Origin: Antedon mediterranea
Taxonomy: Eukaryota; Animalia; Echinodermata
Assembly: GCF_964355755.1 (NCBI RefSeq)
Contig: NC_092675.1
Coordinates: forward strand, 11,217,812-11,281,811
Direction: 5' to 3'
DNA: 64,000 bases
The notes under the pieces were generated by a model, which searched no databases, was not told where the DNA came from, and worked only from the letters and a program-made list of their open reading frames with translations. Shown here in pieces: positions 13,531 through 24,950 of the stretch; position 1 is the stretch's first letter, and each line of letters opens with the position of its first letter. The position numbers were made by a program, and so were the translations under genes.

Positions 13531-14487
13531 CAAGGGAGCAGTTAAAATAATAGATTTGACCCTAAAGGTAACTTTAGGCACTTTCCATCAATCAATACAG
13601 TGTCCCTTTGGAAGAAGGAAGAAAAAAACCGATAGTAGGACTGGACTGCATAGCCATTTCAGTTTATTTTAGGAACGGACAGCGCGTGTGTGAAGGTACA
13701 GTAGTTAAAAAATAAAAATTATACTGAAAATTAATAAAGATCAAATTAAATATACGCCATAAAGAATCGGAATATATTTTGGGAAATAGTATTATAAAAT
13801 TACATAGGGAGATTTGATGATAAGACATTTTGTTTAAAATCAAGTGAAATCCCGATAGTTGATTGAGTATTAGCTGACAGGAATAACTGTAGGCTATCTG
13901 TGTCCCGTTAGGACCAAGATGTCTGCCCATGTTGCAAGCCGAATGTCTTCTTTCTTGGGCCCACTCTGTCACGGCAGTTAGTTTCAAAAGATGATTAAAT
14001 TAAATAATGTATTAATAATTATTAGGATGGTATTTATTTGAATAAACGCCTCTCCAATAAAACATCACTTTGAATAATAATCCCCCACCCCCCCCCCCCA
14101 ACCCAACTATCTAATAAACGTCCATCCACATTTATAATAACACAATTATAGTATTTGTAGTAGAATTCACCGCACTGTTATCTACAATTTACCAAGCATT
14201 TGTTATTCTTTTTTACCACTTTTCATATCTATTAGAGGATTTCATTATTATTAAAACTAAAAAATTTAACATATCCCTCGAATAAGCACCTCCCTCAAAT
14301 GAACTCCGCCTCCCCAAAGGGCCCTACCAAACAATAAAAACTATACTGTAAAATGTTATTAATCATCTAAAACACTGTGAAACAAAGTAGTTTAGTTTTA
14401 CGAATGTCAAACATTTTCAATAATGGTAACCTACAGAAAACGTATAAAGGGGAACATTAACATTCCGAGAACCATCGTCTACACTTC

Positions 14488-14524
14488 CTAGAGGGGGAGC
14501 GAGCGAAGCGAGCTCACCCTCTAG
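14488..14524 (+). mobile_element. Helentron-type 3' terminal hairpin remnant
   Basis: ctagaggggagcgagcgaagcgagctcaccctctag|tt; gcgagcgaagcgagc hairpin ending in CTAG. Confidence 0.45.
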
Positions 14525-14814
14525 TTATAATAATTAATATAAGTGTAATAAATTATAGGTTACATCTTAAGGGCAGTTTTAATGTCAAGCACAGAAGAGA
14601 AAGACACGTTATTCCAATCCATTCAGGCAGCATGGCTCACTAGCGTAACCAAAACATTAATTTCCGACTGTTTTACTTTATCGTTTTGTTTATTTTATTT
14701 TTATCTCCATTGAGATCAAGCCACTGATACCCACAGCAATGTCATTTTTTCAGGAATTTGACTTAGCCACAATAGGTAATAAAATAGGGTGCACAAAAGA
14801 ATACTTATCCTTAC

Positions 14815-15004
14815 ATCCATTGGTAATCTATATGGTCTCCTAGCAACCCTTGGAACTGAACATCTCATTAAAGTCCTGCGCTTAGTTTTTTCACTGCCAG
14901 GACTTTCAGGTCGGAGCATTTCCTTTTCTTTACTAGCTGGTCGATTTTTCTTCAGCATACATTCTAATTTTTCCTGTTTTGCTCTAATTTCTTCCCTTTG
15001 TTGT
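14815..15004 (-). CDS. TTLL6: TTLL6-family exon 11
   Basis: tttattattcag| acceptor, GAT|GTAAGG donor; open frame, phases 2/0. Confidence 0.85.
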
Positions 15005-15189
15005 CTGAATAATAAAGTTATAAATTATTTGTTACTGGCTCACATTTCTGCATCTTGGATATGACATGGGTTACACAATTCTGGATCATGTTCGCAATTG
15101 TAACAGGGGTAATAGTCTTGAATTAAAATAGGTAATATGCCAGGGAAGCATTAAAAATAAAAAATCAAGTAAATCAACAATCTATTTAC

Positions 15190-15378
15190 CGTGCACATTC
15201 TCCTCTAGCCTTTGATGCTGCTGTTTGCTGGAATAAAGAACCACTATGCTGAAAAAATTGTTCATACTTCTTATGACCCTCAATGGGATAGATACGTCTA
15301 AAATCCCCACTATGTTCAGCTTCATACTTCATCTGAGCTTCATTTGCTGATGCTTGGCATTCTTCCATCTCTTCACGC
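15190..15378 (-). CDS. TTLL6: TTLL6-family exon 10 (...KYEAEHSGDFRRIYP...LFQQTAASKAR)
   Basis: G.FRRIYP and T.AS.AR motifs of TTLL6/7/13; phases 2/2. Confidence 0.93.
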
Positions 15379-16499
15379 CTTCAAAATAAAAAAAATAAAA
15401 AAAAAGCTTTAGCAGTTTTTCATCTATTTGTTCTATTGAGTTGAGTAGCACACTTATACCTTAAACAACCGATAAAGTTTTGTATGAAAAAAACACGAAA
15501 AAAGGCAGTCTTTTTAATATAATAATAATAAATATTCAAATAACCTCGGACATCCTAATTGGGGCAAAGATGTTTCCTAATAAATAAATGTTGTTAATCA
15601 ATTGATTTGCACCTGAAAATGTCAAAAATGTTAATGAAAGTAAAGTAACTTGAAAGGGATTCAGAATCAAATTTTGACATTTGTTTTATATTTCTGAATA
15701 GTCGGATTTGTATCCCAAGTAATTATAAAATTTAATATAGTATTGATTGAGAAGGGCTAGCATAGTCAGGCCTGACTAGGCTAGGGGTGCGCATGACTTT
15801 TTTTCACAAGTAAAATAGGCCTAGTCTAGTTTAATCCAATGGACATGACAAAGATGTCAAACTTTTATTTGGTTATATGCATAATAACGCATTTTGTCAA
15901 AATCTTTATTTATTCTAAAGTTCCTTAACTATTTTGTCGGTCAATTATCTTAAATTTCATCTAGCTAAGTGCACGGAAGTGAGCCCGCTAGAGAGAAAGA
16001 AGGGAGATGAATAAAGATGGACGACAACTACAACTTGTTTTGTTATATTATTATTGTTGTAGCAGAAAGTTGATAATTTAATGAAAGCGGCTTCTGTTGC
16101 CGACAATTATGTGCTCACGCACAAGGTGGTGAATACCAAATCGCTCCAAAGTCAGAAAACTACAGTTAATAGTATTGTACAGTAGTAGTAAATTTGTAAG
16201 AACTTGTTTTTATTGCAAGAAAAAAAAAAGTTTTAAATTTTCAATTTTAATTTATTTCCACAATATAATAAAATACATACAGGATAATAAACGCTGCAAT
16301 GAAGTATTTATGTGGGAGGGGGGGGGGGGAGAGAGTCATATAAGTCAGAAACAAGATATAACATTAAATACGAAAACGAAAAAAAAAATATACATACAGT
16401 AAATAAAAGAAAATAAAGCTATAATTTCTATTTAAACCATATTATCAGATCTTGAATGGTCTTATAAAATATATATATTTAACGTTCATCATATCTTGA

Positions 16500-16660
16500 A
16501 GGTAAATAGTTCTTGTATACTAATTTAAATTTAGAAGTTGTAGATGCATTTTTAATATCTACATGGAATGAATTCCATAATTTAGCTCCTTGGTATTTAA
16601 TAGAGTTCTTGATAAAATTGTTTGTACATTTAGGTAAAGATAATCATTTGCATTGTGTGT
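16500..16660 (-). pseudogene. CR1/L2-type LINE ORF2 C-terminal fragment
   Basis: Minus-strand translation LSLPKCTNNFIKNSIKYQGAKLWNSFHVDIKNASTTSKFK (G..LWN motif). Confidence 0.6.
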
Positions 16661-16699
16661 ATTATGACTATTTTCCCTACTATTATGATTATTAAAAAA

Positions 16700-17185
16700 A
16701 ATAAGACTGATGATATTTTAAGTCTAAAAATAATTATCGTACTATTGCTTTGTATTTCGTCTAAGGTTTTTGAATGTATTTTAGTTAATTTATGCAATGA
16801 CTTATTGGTTACAGATGATTGTCAATTTGCATTTAAGTCTGATCATTCTACAGATATGTGTATTTTATTGTGAAACAAATTATAACCGTAATGGAAGCCC
16901 TGTTTTTGCCTGTTTTTTTACGCCTCTAATACCTTTGATCGTGTTTATCAGTACAGATTATTTCGTAAACTTATCTCATGTAAGTTGCATGTCGATATTG
17001 TTCGTGTGCTTGTTTGTTGGTATTTCAATCAAAGATTTTCTGTTAAGTGCGGTAATTGACTTTCTGTTAGCAATGGTGTTTGGCAGAGAGGGGTTCTCTC
17101 GCCATTAATGTATAATGTGTATATTGATAACCTGACTGTTAACCTTTCTATCTCTAGATATGGTTGTGAAATTAACAATGTTAAA
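16700..17185 (+). pseudogene. Degraded non-LTR retrotransposon RT fragment
   Basis: Frameshifted NYR.I.L / SKVFE / QFAFK..HST / VFACF / FDRV / QRGVLSP..YNVYIDNL motifs. Confidence 0.75.
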
Positions 17186-17188
17186 TTG

Positions 17189-17936
17189 AACTAGAATTTA
17201 ATTCGTCACTTTGACGAATTATTGGTGATCATTTTTATAATTTTAATGAAATTAAATTTTTTTAAACATGCATGTATGTTAACATACGATCGTAAAAAGT
17301 TGATGTACGCCTATTACATGATGCAAATACACTTATAGTGTTGAGTTGTACCTATTATGTGTCATATAATAACAGTACAGTATACTGTATATCCATATAC
17401 AGTGTAGCATAGGTGAAATTACGGGACCCAGTGAGTGGCCGAGCGGTTAAGACAGTGGAACCTTAATTACGTAGCCATAACATCGGCAGGGGTTCGAGGC
17501 TCACTCACTCCATGGTTCTGGTGGTAGAACGAGTCTTCTCGCATAAGGACTATAAACCGTAGGTCTAGTGTACACAACTAGCTCGTGTGCACTTTAAAGG
17601 ACCTAGTACATCTTTCGAGACGAGTAGGGGGTTACCCCGGTGTATTAGTACATCACAGCCACTGATCACCAACTGGGCCCTCTGGGAGAACAGTCTTTGA
17701 CTGAAGAGGTTACCCAGTATAAATATTTATTTCAATTCAATCAATTACAATGTATATACATTATACTGTACATATTGTATATGGCATATAATAGGCACAA
17801 CTCAGCACTAGTATAAGCGTATAATAGGGTGGCATACATCAACATTTTCTAATCGTATGTTAACGTACGTGCATGTCAAAAAAAATTTATTTCAGTAAAA
17901 TGATCACCTATAATTGTGACGAATTAAATTATAGTT
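17189..17936. mobile_element. Foldback element with Helentron-like ends, interrupted by a SINE
   Basis: Imperfect inverted arms 17189-17290 / 17850-17936; left end ctag plus aattcgtca-ctt-tgacgaatt hairpin. Confidence 0.5.
17430..17745 (+). mobile_element. tRNA-derived SINE with Deu/Nin-type core, copy 1
   Basis: A box tggccgagcggtt, B box ggttcgag; core gactataaaccg...gagtagggggttaccccggtg resembles the Deu domain; (tcaa)n tail; near-identical copy at 42957. Confidence 0.85.
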
Positions 17937-18269
17937 CTTTTTTTACTATTTTGATACTTCATGTTATTTTTATGTGCATTGAATTTGCAAAATAAAAGTT
18001 TAATGTGAAGGAATTTTTGCAACTGTATGGAGAAGATTTTCAGTTAGTAATTGAAAACAATAGGAATTGGATCGCTCTTCCAACAAACTTAAAATTAATT
18101 TCAAACATATTTCTTTCAAAAACATTTTGAACGCAATATTTAATATTTATAATAATCATGATTACTATAATAGTCTTGACAACGTACAATCCACTCATTA
18201 CTTTTTTCTTTTCTCTTTATATTTTTCTGTTTTAGTTAGCTTTACTTTTTATGTATATATATATATATA

Positions 18270-18362
18270 TCGTTTTTGATTTAGCTTTTCGCTTTTTTTT
18301 TGTATCTCCATTGAGATCCAGCCACTGATACCCACAGCATTGTCATTTTTTCAGTAATTTGG

Positions 18363-18398
<36 letters not shown>

Positions 18399-18612
18399 GC
18401 CACTTGCCAGCTTTATACTATGACGTTATCCAAATTCCTTCACTTGCACTGATGAAGGGCTAGTGTTGCCCGAAAGCTCTGCTAACTTTTCTGGTTGTTT
18501 ACTTTATCGTTTTGACTTAGCTTTTCGCTTTTTATTTTTGTATCTCCATTGAGATCCAGCCACTGTTACCCACAGCATTGTCATTTTTTTCAGTAATTTG
18601 CCTTTGGATTTA
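18270..18612 (+). mobile_element. Penelope-like element terminal-repeat fragments embedded in (TA)n
   Basis: ~100-bp segment (atctccattgagatccagccactg...) repeated at 18270-18365, 18497-18610 and 14670-14760; the two nearby copies are bounded by (TA)n; the longer one carries the hammerhead. Confidence 0.6.
18446..18482 (+). ncRNA. Minimal type I hammerhead ribozyme of Penelope-like element type
   Basis: gca-CTGATGA-a-gggc-tagtgtt-gccc-GAAA-gc-TC-tgc: intact core, 4-bp stem II, palindromic AGCT stem III, 3-bp stem I. Confidence 0.7.
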
Positions 18613-18738
18613 TATATATATACATATAAACAAATCAGGCAAAGAACAGTAATTCTAAACCGCCTGGTGATATACTGAAATTTAATTAATTCACTTTATA
18701 CGATAAAGATGAGGAAATCTGTGAGAATGAGAAAAAGT

Positions 18739-18810
18739 CGCCCCAACCAAGACTCGAACTCGGACCGCCTGCTTGATATGCAGATGTCCTAACCATTAGA
18801 CCACTGGGGC
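18739..18810 (-). tRNA. tRNA-like gene, full cloverleaf, anticodon ATC (Asp-decoding), copy 1
   Basis: GCCCCAG/TTGGGGC acceptor, GTCT/GGAC D-stem, TCTGC/GCAGG anticodon stem, CCGAG-TTCGAGT-CTTGG T arm, G73, followed by ACTTTTT. Confidence 0.6.
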
Positions 18811-19093
18811 TTTCATGGTATTGTTCGAACTCGATTGGATAGCGACTCTTTAACATTCTCGGCGTGGTACGGCGGAACAGCACTAGTCCTCAGTTGTACG
18901 CACGCGCAACAGAGATCAAATTGATACGCCCTCATTTTTCAGTATTTTTATTCACGAGGCGGGATCTCCGAAGAGATACTATAAACAAATCAGGCAAAGA
19001 ACAGTAATTCTAAACCGCCTGGTGATATACTGAAATTTAATTAATTCATTTTATACGATAAAGATGAGGAAATCTGTGAGAATGAGAAAAAGT

Positions 19094-19165
19094 CGCCCCA
19101 ACCGAGACTCAAACTCGGACCGCCTGCTTGATATGCAGATGTCCTAACCATTAGACCACTGGAGC
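19094..19165 (-). tRNA. tRNA-like gene (ATC), copy 2, probably a pseudogene
   Basis: Same fold; T-loop mutated to TTTGAGT. Confidence 0.45.
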
Positions 19166-19457
19166 TTTCATGGTATTGTTCGAACTCGATTGGATAGCGA
19201 CTCTTTAACATTCTCGGCGTGGTACGGCGGAACAGCACTAGTCCTCAGTTGTAAGCACGCGCAACAGAGATCAAATTGATACGCCCTCATTTTTCAGTAT
19301 TTTTATTCACGAGGCAGGATCTCCGAAGAGATACTTTTATATATATAAACAAATCAGGCAAAGAACAGTAATTCTAAACCGCCTGGTGATATACTGAAAT
19401 TTAATTAATTCATTTTATACGATAAAGATGAGGAATTCTGTGAGAATGAGAAAAAGT

Positions 19458-19529
19458 CGCCCCAACCGAGACTCGAGCTCGGACCGCCTGCTTGATATGC
19501 AGATGTCCTAACCATTAGACCACTGGGGC
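19458..19529 (-). tRNA. tRNA-like gene (ATC), copy 3, probably a pseudogene
   Basis: Same fold; T54 changed to C (CTCGAGT). Confidence 0.45.
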
Positions 19530-20006
19530 TTTTCTGGTATTGTTCAAACTCGATTGGATAACAACTCTTTAACATTCTCGACGTGGTACGGCGGAACAGC
19601 ACTAGTCCTCAGTATTTATATTTATGTTTTTTTATAAATGTTGTATTTTTTATTGTTTATTATGTGCAATTTGGAAATAGGCTGGTTTTATCCGGCCTAA
19701 TGGGTGTTCCTGATGCTCGTTATTTTGTCTTTTGTCTGTATGTAATTTTAATGTTGAGCATCAAATAAATTCAATAAACAGTGGCCTAGTTAGTATTTGA
19801 TGAAATCACTCATTTCATACCTGGACAAAGCCGTTGATATGAGTAAATGCGTATAATTAAGGTAAAGTCAAATAAAAATTTAAGAATTAAGCATAATAAG
19901 GCCAAAATTGTCAATAAAATGGAACCGTGAAAACTAAAAGGTCGCAAAACAGAAGTAAAATCGTGGGGCCATGAAAATGTTGGTCTCTATAGTATATCTA
20001 TAATAC

Positions 20007-20188
20007 CTTGATTCCTTCGGTTTTGATCGATTCATCAATCTTTCTTTGATTTTCTTTTTCTCTTCTTCAATACATTTTTTTCGATCAAATGGTGACAAGT
20101 TCATAATACAAAGGGCATCATAAAGAAATCCTTCTTTAACTTCTTTGTCAAGTTTTGCATCTGTATGGAAGCTGGGTGAATGATTTAC
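20007..20188 (-). CDS. TTLL6: TTLL6-family exon 9 (VNHSPSFHTDAKLDKEVKE...)
   Basis: Completes the E|VN.SPS catalytic motif across the intron. Confidence 0.96.
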
Positions 20189-20477
20189 CTGGAAATTAAC
20201 AATTTAACAGGATTTAAAAGTGAAACTTGAAACCATCTATCTCCATTTTATCTAACAATAAGAATGTTACTATTGCATAGAATAACTAACAAGACATTTT
20301 TTTGTTAAAAGATAGTCCATAAAGATGTCATTTTAGCTCTGAAAATAAAATAAAATAAGGAAAATTAAATCAAATAGCTTATGTGTGTTTGTATAACTGG
20401 TATGGATAAGAATTAACATATTTTTTTAATGGTAAAGCAAGGATATTAACCTCATATTAAGGCAAAACTGTCCATAC

Positions 20478-20703
20478 CTCTAACACCCATGGCTTCAACT
20501 TTCTATCTAGCATCAGATCAAATCCTAGAATTTCAAAACATCCACTGCCCTTTACATGGTTTGGGAAGCATGTACGATAGTTATGCTTTAAAATCGGATG
20601 AGCCGAGATTAAAGTCTTAATGATAACATCTTCCATATCAGCCCAGATTTTCTTGATATCATAACCATTCTTTTCAAACCAACGATCCACTGTTGTTATT
20701 TTC
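20478..20703 (-). CDS. TTLL6: TTLL6-family exon 8 (...CFEILGFDLMLDRKLKPWVLE)
   Basis: Catalytic FE.LGFD...PW.LE motif. Confidence 0.97.
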
Positions 20704-21232
20704 CTGAAGAGAAATTAAGATTCAAATTAAAAATATGTGCAGCTGGACGATCCAGCCTACAAACTATTTAGCCGTTGTCGATTTTGCAATTCATAAAATA
20801 ATAATAAATTCATAGCCTGTTTATTAAAACTTTCTATAGTATCTTTGATAATGTTTAATATTTGGTTTGGTTTATTTGCAGAAAGACTGGGGGTATTACT
20901 ACTAAGATAATGATACAATAAGGCTAATTTATAAAAACCTGACTTGCACAGGGCCAGAACATTTCCGAAAAAGGATAAATTTTTTTTAAACAAATCACGG
21001 CCTATGCTTTCACAATAATTATATTGCATAAATCCCTTTTTTAAAAACATTACATACAGTATATCAATAACATAAGATAAATAAATAAATGATCATTTTT
21101 ACTGTACTCACTATTCAGCTAGGCTTACTTACTTATACTAGGTCTACTATCTAGGACTAGAATAACACAGTGTATGTGACTCAATTATTGTATAAAACAA
21201 TGAAAATTAATTGTTTTAGTAGAGAGTATTAC

Positions 21233-21318
21233 CTTTTGCTTCCACAGTCATCATCACGAATAAAATCTGAGCTATGCTTGTTTATTGCATAGTTTGTAAG
21301 GTGCATACACTGTTCATC
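21233..21318 (-). CDS. TTLL6: TTLL6-family exon 7 (DEQCMHLTNYAINKHS...GSKR)
   Basis: MHLTNY motif; canonical splice sites. Confidence 0.97.
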
Positions 21319-21585
21319 CTAAAAAACGTACAGTATAATAATTATAATGGTATAAAACAATGCATATTTATTTATTATCCATGTTTATTCAAGACTACAG
21401 TACTATATTCAACTCAATATTCTATAAATAATAAATATGTCTAGTGCAATTGTAATGAGGTGAAAATAGAACATTTGAATTAAATTAATTCTATTGCACA
21501 AATAACGAGAGGCTAGGCCAAGGCCTAAATCATACGAGTATCAAACCCAATTTCATTGGTTAGCTAATGCCAGATTTTGTACTTA

Positions 21586-21738
<153 letters not shown>

Positions 21739-21874
21739 CTAATAAAAGGAAAACATAAACATTAGTAAAACATTGGATTCAAGATGTATAATATGTTGGA
21801 ACAAATACAATGATCATATTAATCAATCATCTTTCCACAGCATTTACAGGAAGGGTGGCAATAAGCACATTTAC

Positions 21875-22031
21875 CTTAGACACATATTGTTGACAGACTT
21901 GATGTTCCCCTGGTTTGATGTCTTTAATATTTTTGGTTATAAATATTCCTTTACCCTGACAACCACTTTCTGGCTTGCAGATGTATGTTTTGTTTTTCTT
22001 TGTACGACAAAATGCTAAAAAATCACCATAA
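21875..22031 (-). CDS. TTLL6: TTLL6-family exon 5 (YGDF...YICKPESGCQGKGIF...CQQYVSK)
   Basis: ATP-grasp KP...QG.GI motif; phases 2/0. Confidence 0.97.
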
Positions 22032-22202
22032 CTATGGAAGCAAAAGAAAAAATGTTCTAAAAGTGTAAGATTTATTATGATGATTCCTATTAACTCAACT
22101 AATTCCTTGCTTAATCAGTGTACAATAATAATGAATTAAGAAATATTATTATACCAAAATATTCCTTTATTTTTTTCAGCAAGGTAACTAAATTCAACTT
22201 AC

Positions 22203-22333
22203 TCTGCAGGAAGCACCCAAGTCCTTGGAAAAATTGCAAATTCTTTCGGAAACAACTTCTGTAAACGTGTCAAATTACGTGCTAGCAGATCCTTTCGACA
22301 AATTTCACTCATTCCTGGGAAATGATTAATTTT
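22203..22333 (-). CDS. TTLL6: TTLL6-family exon 4 (KINHFPGMSEICRKDLLARNL...FPRTWVLPAD)
   Basis: TTL-domain signature KINHFPGM..ICRK; canonical splice sites. Confidence 0.97.
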
Positions 22334-22705
22334 CTAGGAAAAAAAAAGTTAAAATGTAATAATAGTTTTGCTTATTTGGAACCGTCTATTAGGCATTTTG
22401 TTTTTAAATGATTTGATAAAAAACCAGGTTGTAAATTTAAAAATCAATATGCAGTAAGGATGCGCATAATGAAATAAAAAAGATGTCGCATGACATTTAA
22501 GTTAAGTGACCTCTTCACATGATAATGTGTTTATTAGGTCATTTTTCATTTACAATCCTAGACAAGCATATTGTACAGGATTTTATATTAACACTACACA
22601 TTTTAAATGTTCAAATCCTCTTGTGTTTAATAACGAATTTACTTATTTACTTAAATTTTGGTGATTAAAATCAAATAACTTGATATATATTCTTTTTTAA
22701 ATTAC

Positions 22706-22824
22706 CTGATACTTTTTCATCTCCATAACTCTTTCTAATGCAACAGAATAATCCGTCCAATAGAGTGTCCAATCATCATCTTCTCCAACCTCTTTCATTC
22801 CAAATTTACGAGCCATACGACGAA
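22706..22824 (-). CDS. TTLL6: TTLL6-family exon 3 (VRRMARKFGMKEVGEDDDWTLYWTDYSVALERVMEMKKYQ)
   Basis: Canonical AG/GT; conserved DW.LYWTD motif. Confidence 0.95.
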
Positions 22825-24325
22825 CTAACATTATATAACACAAAAATGCAATTTACGTTTATGTTTATTATGTTTATGTTCATTTTCCTTAAATATACAC
22901 TATATAAAGTTCCCTCGGGTACTTCAATATTGATGGAATAGGCCTCGAATTTTAGGGGCACAGCAAGTTGGCCTCCGGTTGTTCCTTAATTTAAAGGGCA
23001 GCAAGGCCACCTTGAAAGGCACCAAGGTCATTATTTTAAAATAGGTCAAGCCTATAGGCCTAGTATATAATAGTGTAGAATTACGGAAAAATGCAATTTA
23101 TAACTGAAACGCGATTTCTTGTAACTTCGGGTGATTCCCCTGCTCCCATATAAGTGGCAGTGGCAATGCACGATACTGGTTGAGAGTGAAATACACGTGA
23201 TATTATACACAGTAGGCTACGTTTTCAAGCTCGAGCAGGAATCGAGGGTATTTCTATTTTGTAAACAATGTTGCGAGAACGGCCGACGAAGTCGTACTCC
23301 CATCAAACAGCCAGTATACCGAAAACAACATATAACGCACTATTTCATGATAATGTACCAAAAACGAGATACGACAATGACAACAATAATAATAATAGAT
23401 GCCAAGACAGGGCTGTGAAACGGCTGATAAACTAGGGAGCGCAAAAAAAAAGTGAGTTTTACTGAAAATAGTGCTGAGCTGTGGAAACGGCCGATACTGT
23501 ACTGTGTAGTCGAGAGCGAATTACACATGGTCAATTATGAGTGGGAGTCCAGCGATATTCGATAAGTCAAGCGCGAAAACATGTCATTTCTTTTTGCCCT
23601 TTTTTCATACACAGTACGTCTTGCAGCTCGAGCGGAAGTCTAAGAGCGTTATTTTTGTAATAAGAACGAAATATGGTACGATCCTATCAGCATTTCTTTT
23701 TTTTCAACTGAACGTATAGGCCCAGGCCTAGTCTAGTTTTTTTCTTTATTTATTAGTGTAGCTAGTTTGCAGGTGAAATGTCTGCCTCAAATTCATTGTT
23801 GAAAATTTATATTTATATTTTCGCCATTCGGTAGTTTTTATTGTGGTGAAAATTCTAGGGCACTAAGGCCAATTAGTGGCTGTCTGTGGTGCATAGCTCA
23901 CATGCAATGAGCGAAATACTGATTTTGTATTCTTAGTATATGAAATAATAAAAAACATATGGTAAATGTGTCATTCTTTTTTATTTCAAGATATATTTTT
24001 CAGACTTAGACAAAATGTAGCTTTTTTTATTGCCATTAAACAAAACTTTTGCTTTTTTATGCGTGAAAGGGCGATATTTCAATTAATCAACAACATTTAC
24101 ATAGGTTGGCATTTGGCAGTGTAAATACATGCAACCTGTGTTGCTGAATCTGTTTACTGAATCAGGTGCTCAGCGGTGTAAATGGGGTGTATTAGATTGA
24201 AGTGTCAAAGTACAATGAAAGTGAATTAGGCAATAAATAAATAAAAAAAGGGAATAATATTTTTTTAATGTTAAATAATAATAATATCATTATTATAATA
24301 ATATTATTATTATAATAATATAAAT

Positions 24326-24756
24326 AACTAGAGGTCACTCCGAGAGTACAAACCTCCGCCTACTGTAAAATTCCCCTACATAAAATGTCCCCAGAAAATA
24401 TATATATTAAAAAAAATTTTTTTTTAGTTCCAAGTGTAAATAGGCTAACTGCACACTACAAAGTTGAGGATGAGCGTTTGGTGTAATGGTTACGTATCCA
24501 GCACCTCACAGTTGAGATCGCTGGCTCAAGTCCCGCTGGGGGGTTTTTTTTTTTTTTATTATTTTTTTTTGTTTTTTGTGGACCTTATTATTTGACCCTG
24601 ACCCTTCAAAATTTAACCACAATTATGATGAGTCATTGTGGCTAAGTTTGGTGAGAATAGGATAAAAACTGTGGTCTCTGAGGCTGTTCACAGACACACA
24701 CACACAAACACCCAAACATACATGGGTGAAAATATAACCTCCTTGGCGGAGGTAAT
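24326..24756 (-). mobile_element. Non-autonomous Helentron-type (HINE) element, family B, copy 1
   Basis: 5' ATTACCTCCGCCAAGGAGGT palindrome; 3' GGCGGAGGT...CTAGTT; internal (CA)n and tRNA-like segment. Confidence 0.75.
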
Positions 24757-24909
24757 AATAATCATTTTCTATAAATGCCAAGCGAACAGTTTCGCTGTAA
24801 ATTGTTTTTTATCAATAGAGAAAAATAAAAAATATTCATATGGTACAATATGTTTATTTATTACTTTGTATGTTTGGTATAACTAAAATGTTAAGTTATT
24901 AACACTCAC

Positions 24910-24950
24910 CGCTGTCATACTTGCAGTTAGCTAAACAAATTCCCATAAAC
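24910..24950 (-). CDS. TTLL6: TTLL6-family exon 2 (FMGICLANCKYDS)
   Basis: tttttcag| acceptor, G|GTGAGT donor; matches the TTLL6 I-x-L-x-x-C-K-Y motif; phases 2/1. Confidence 0.9.

Larger units (their letters stand above)
18625..19612. repeat. Tandem array of ~355-bp units (2 full plus 1 truncated), each containing a tRNA-like gene
   Basis: Units begin tataaacaaatcaggc at ~18625, 18980 and 19344; only a few substitutions between units. Confidence 0.92.

Noticed and set aside
19155-19252. Possible second hammerhead on the minus strand of the array unit (CTGAGGA...GAAAGCTC)
   Set aside because: No stem I pairing, a C-T mismatch at the stem II closing position, and the UH site is present only in copy 2.
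18686-19602. Three repeated 65-aa ORFs (MLFRRTTPRM...)
   Set aside because: They start at GTG and simply translate the tRNA-like repeat unit; no coding signature.
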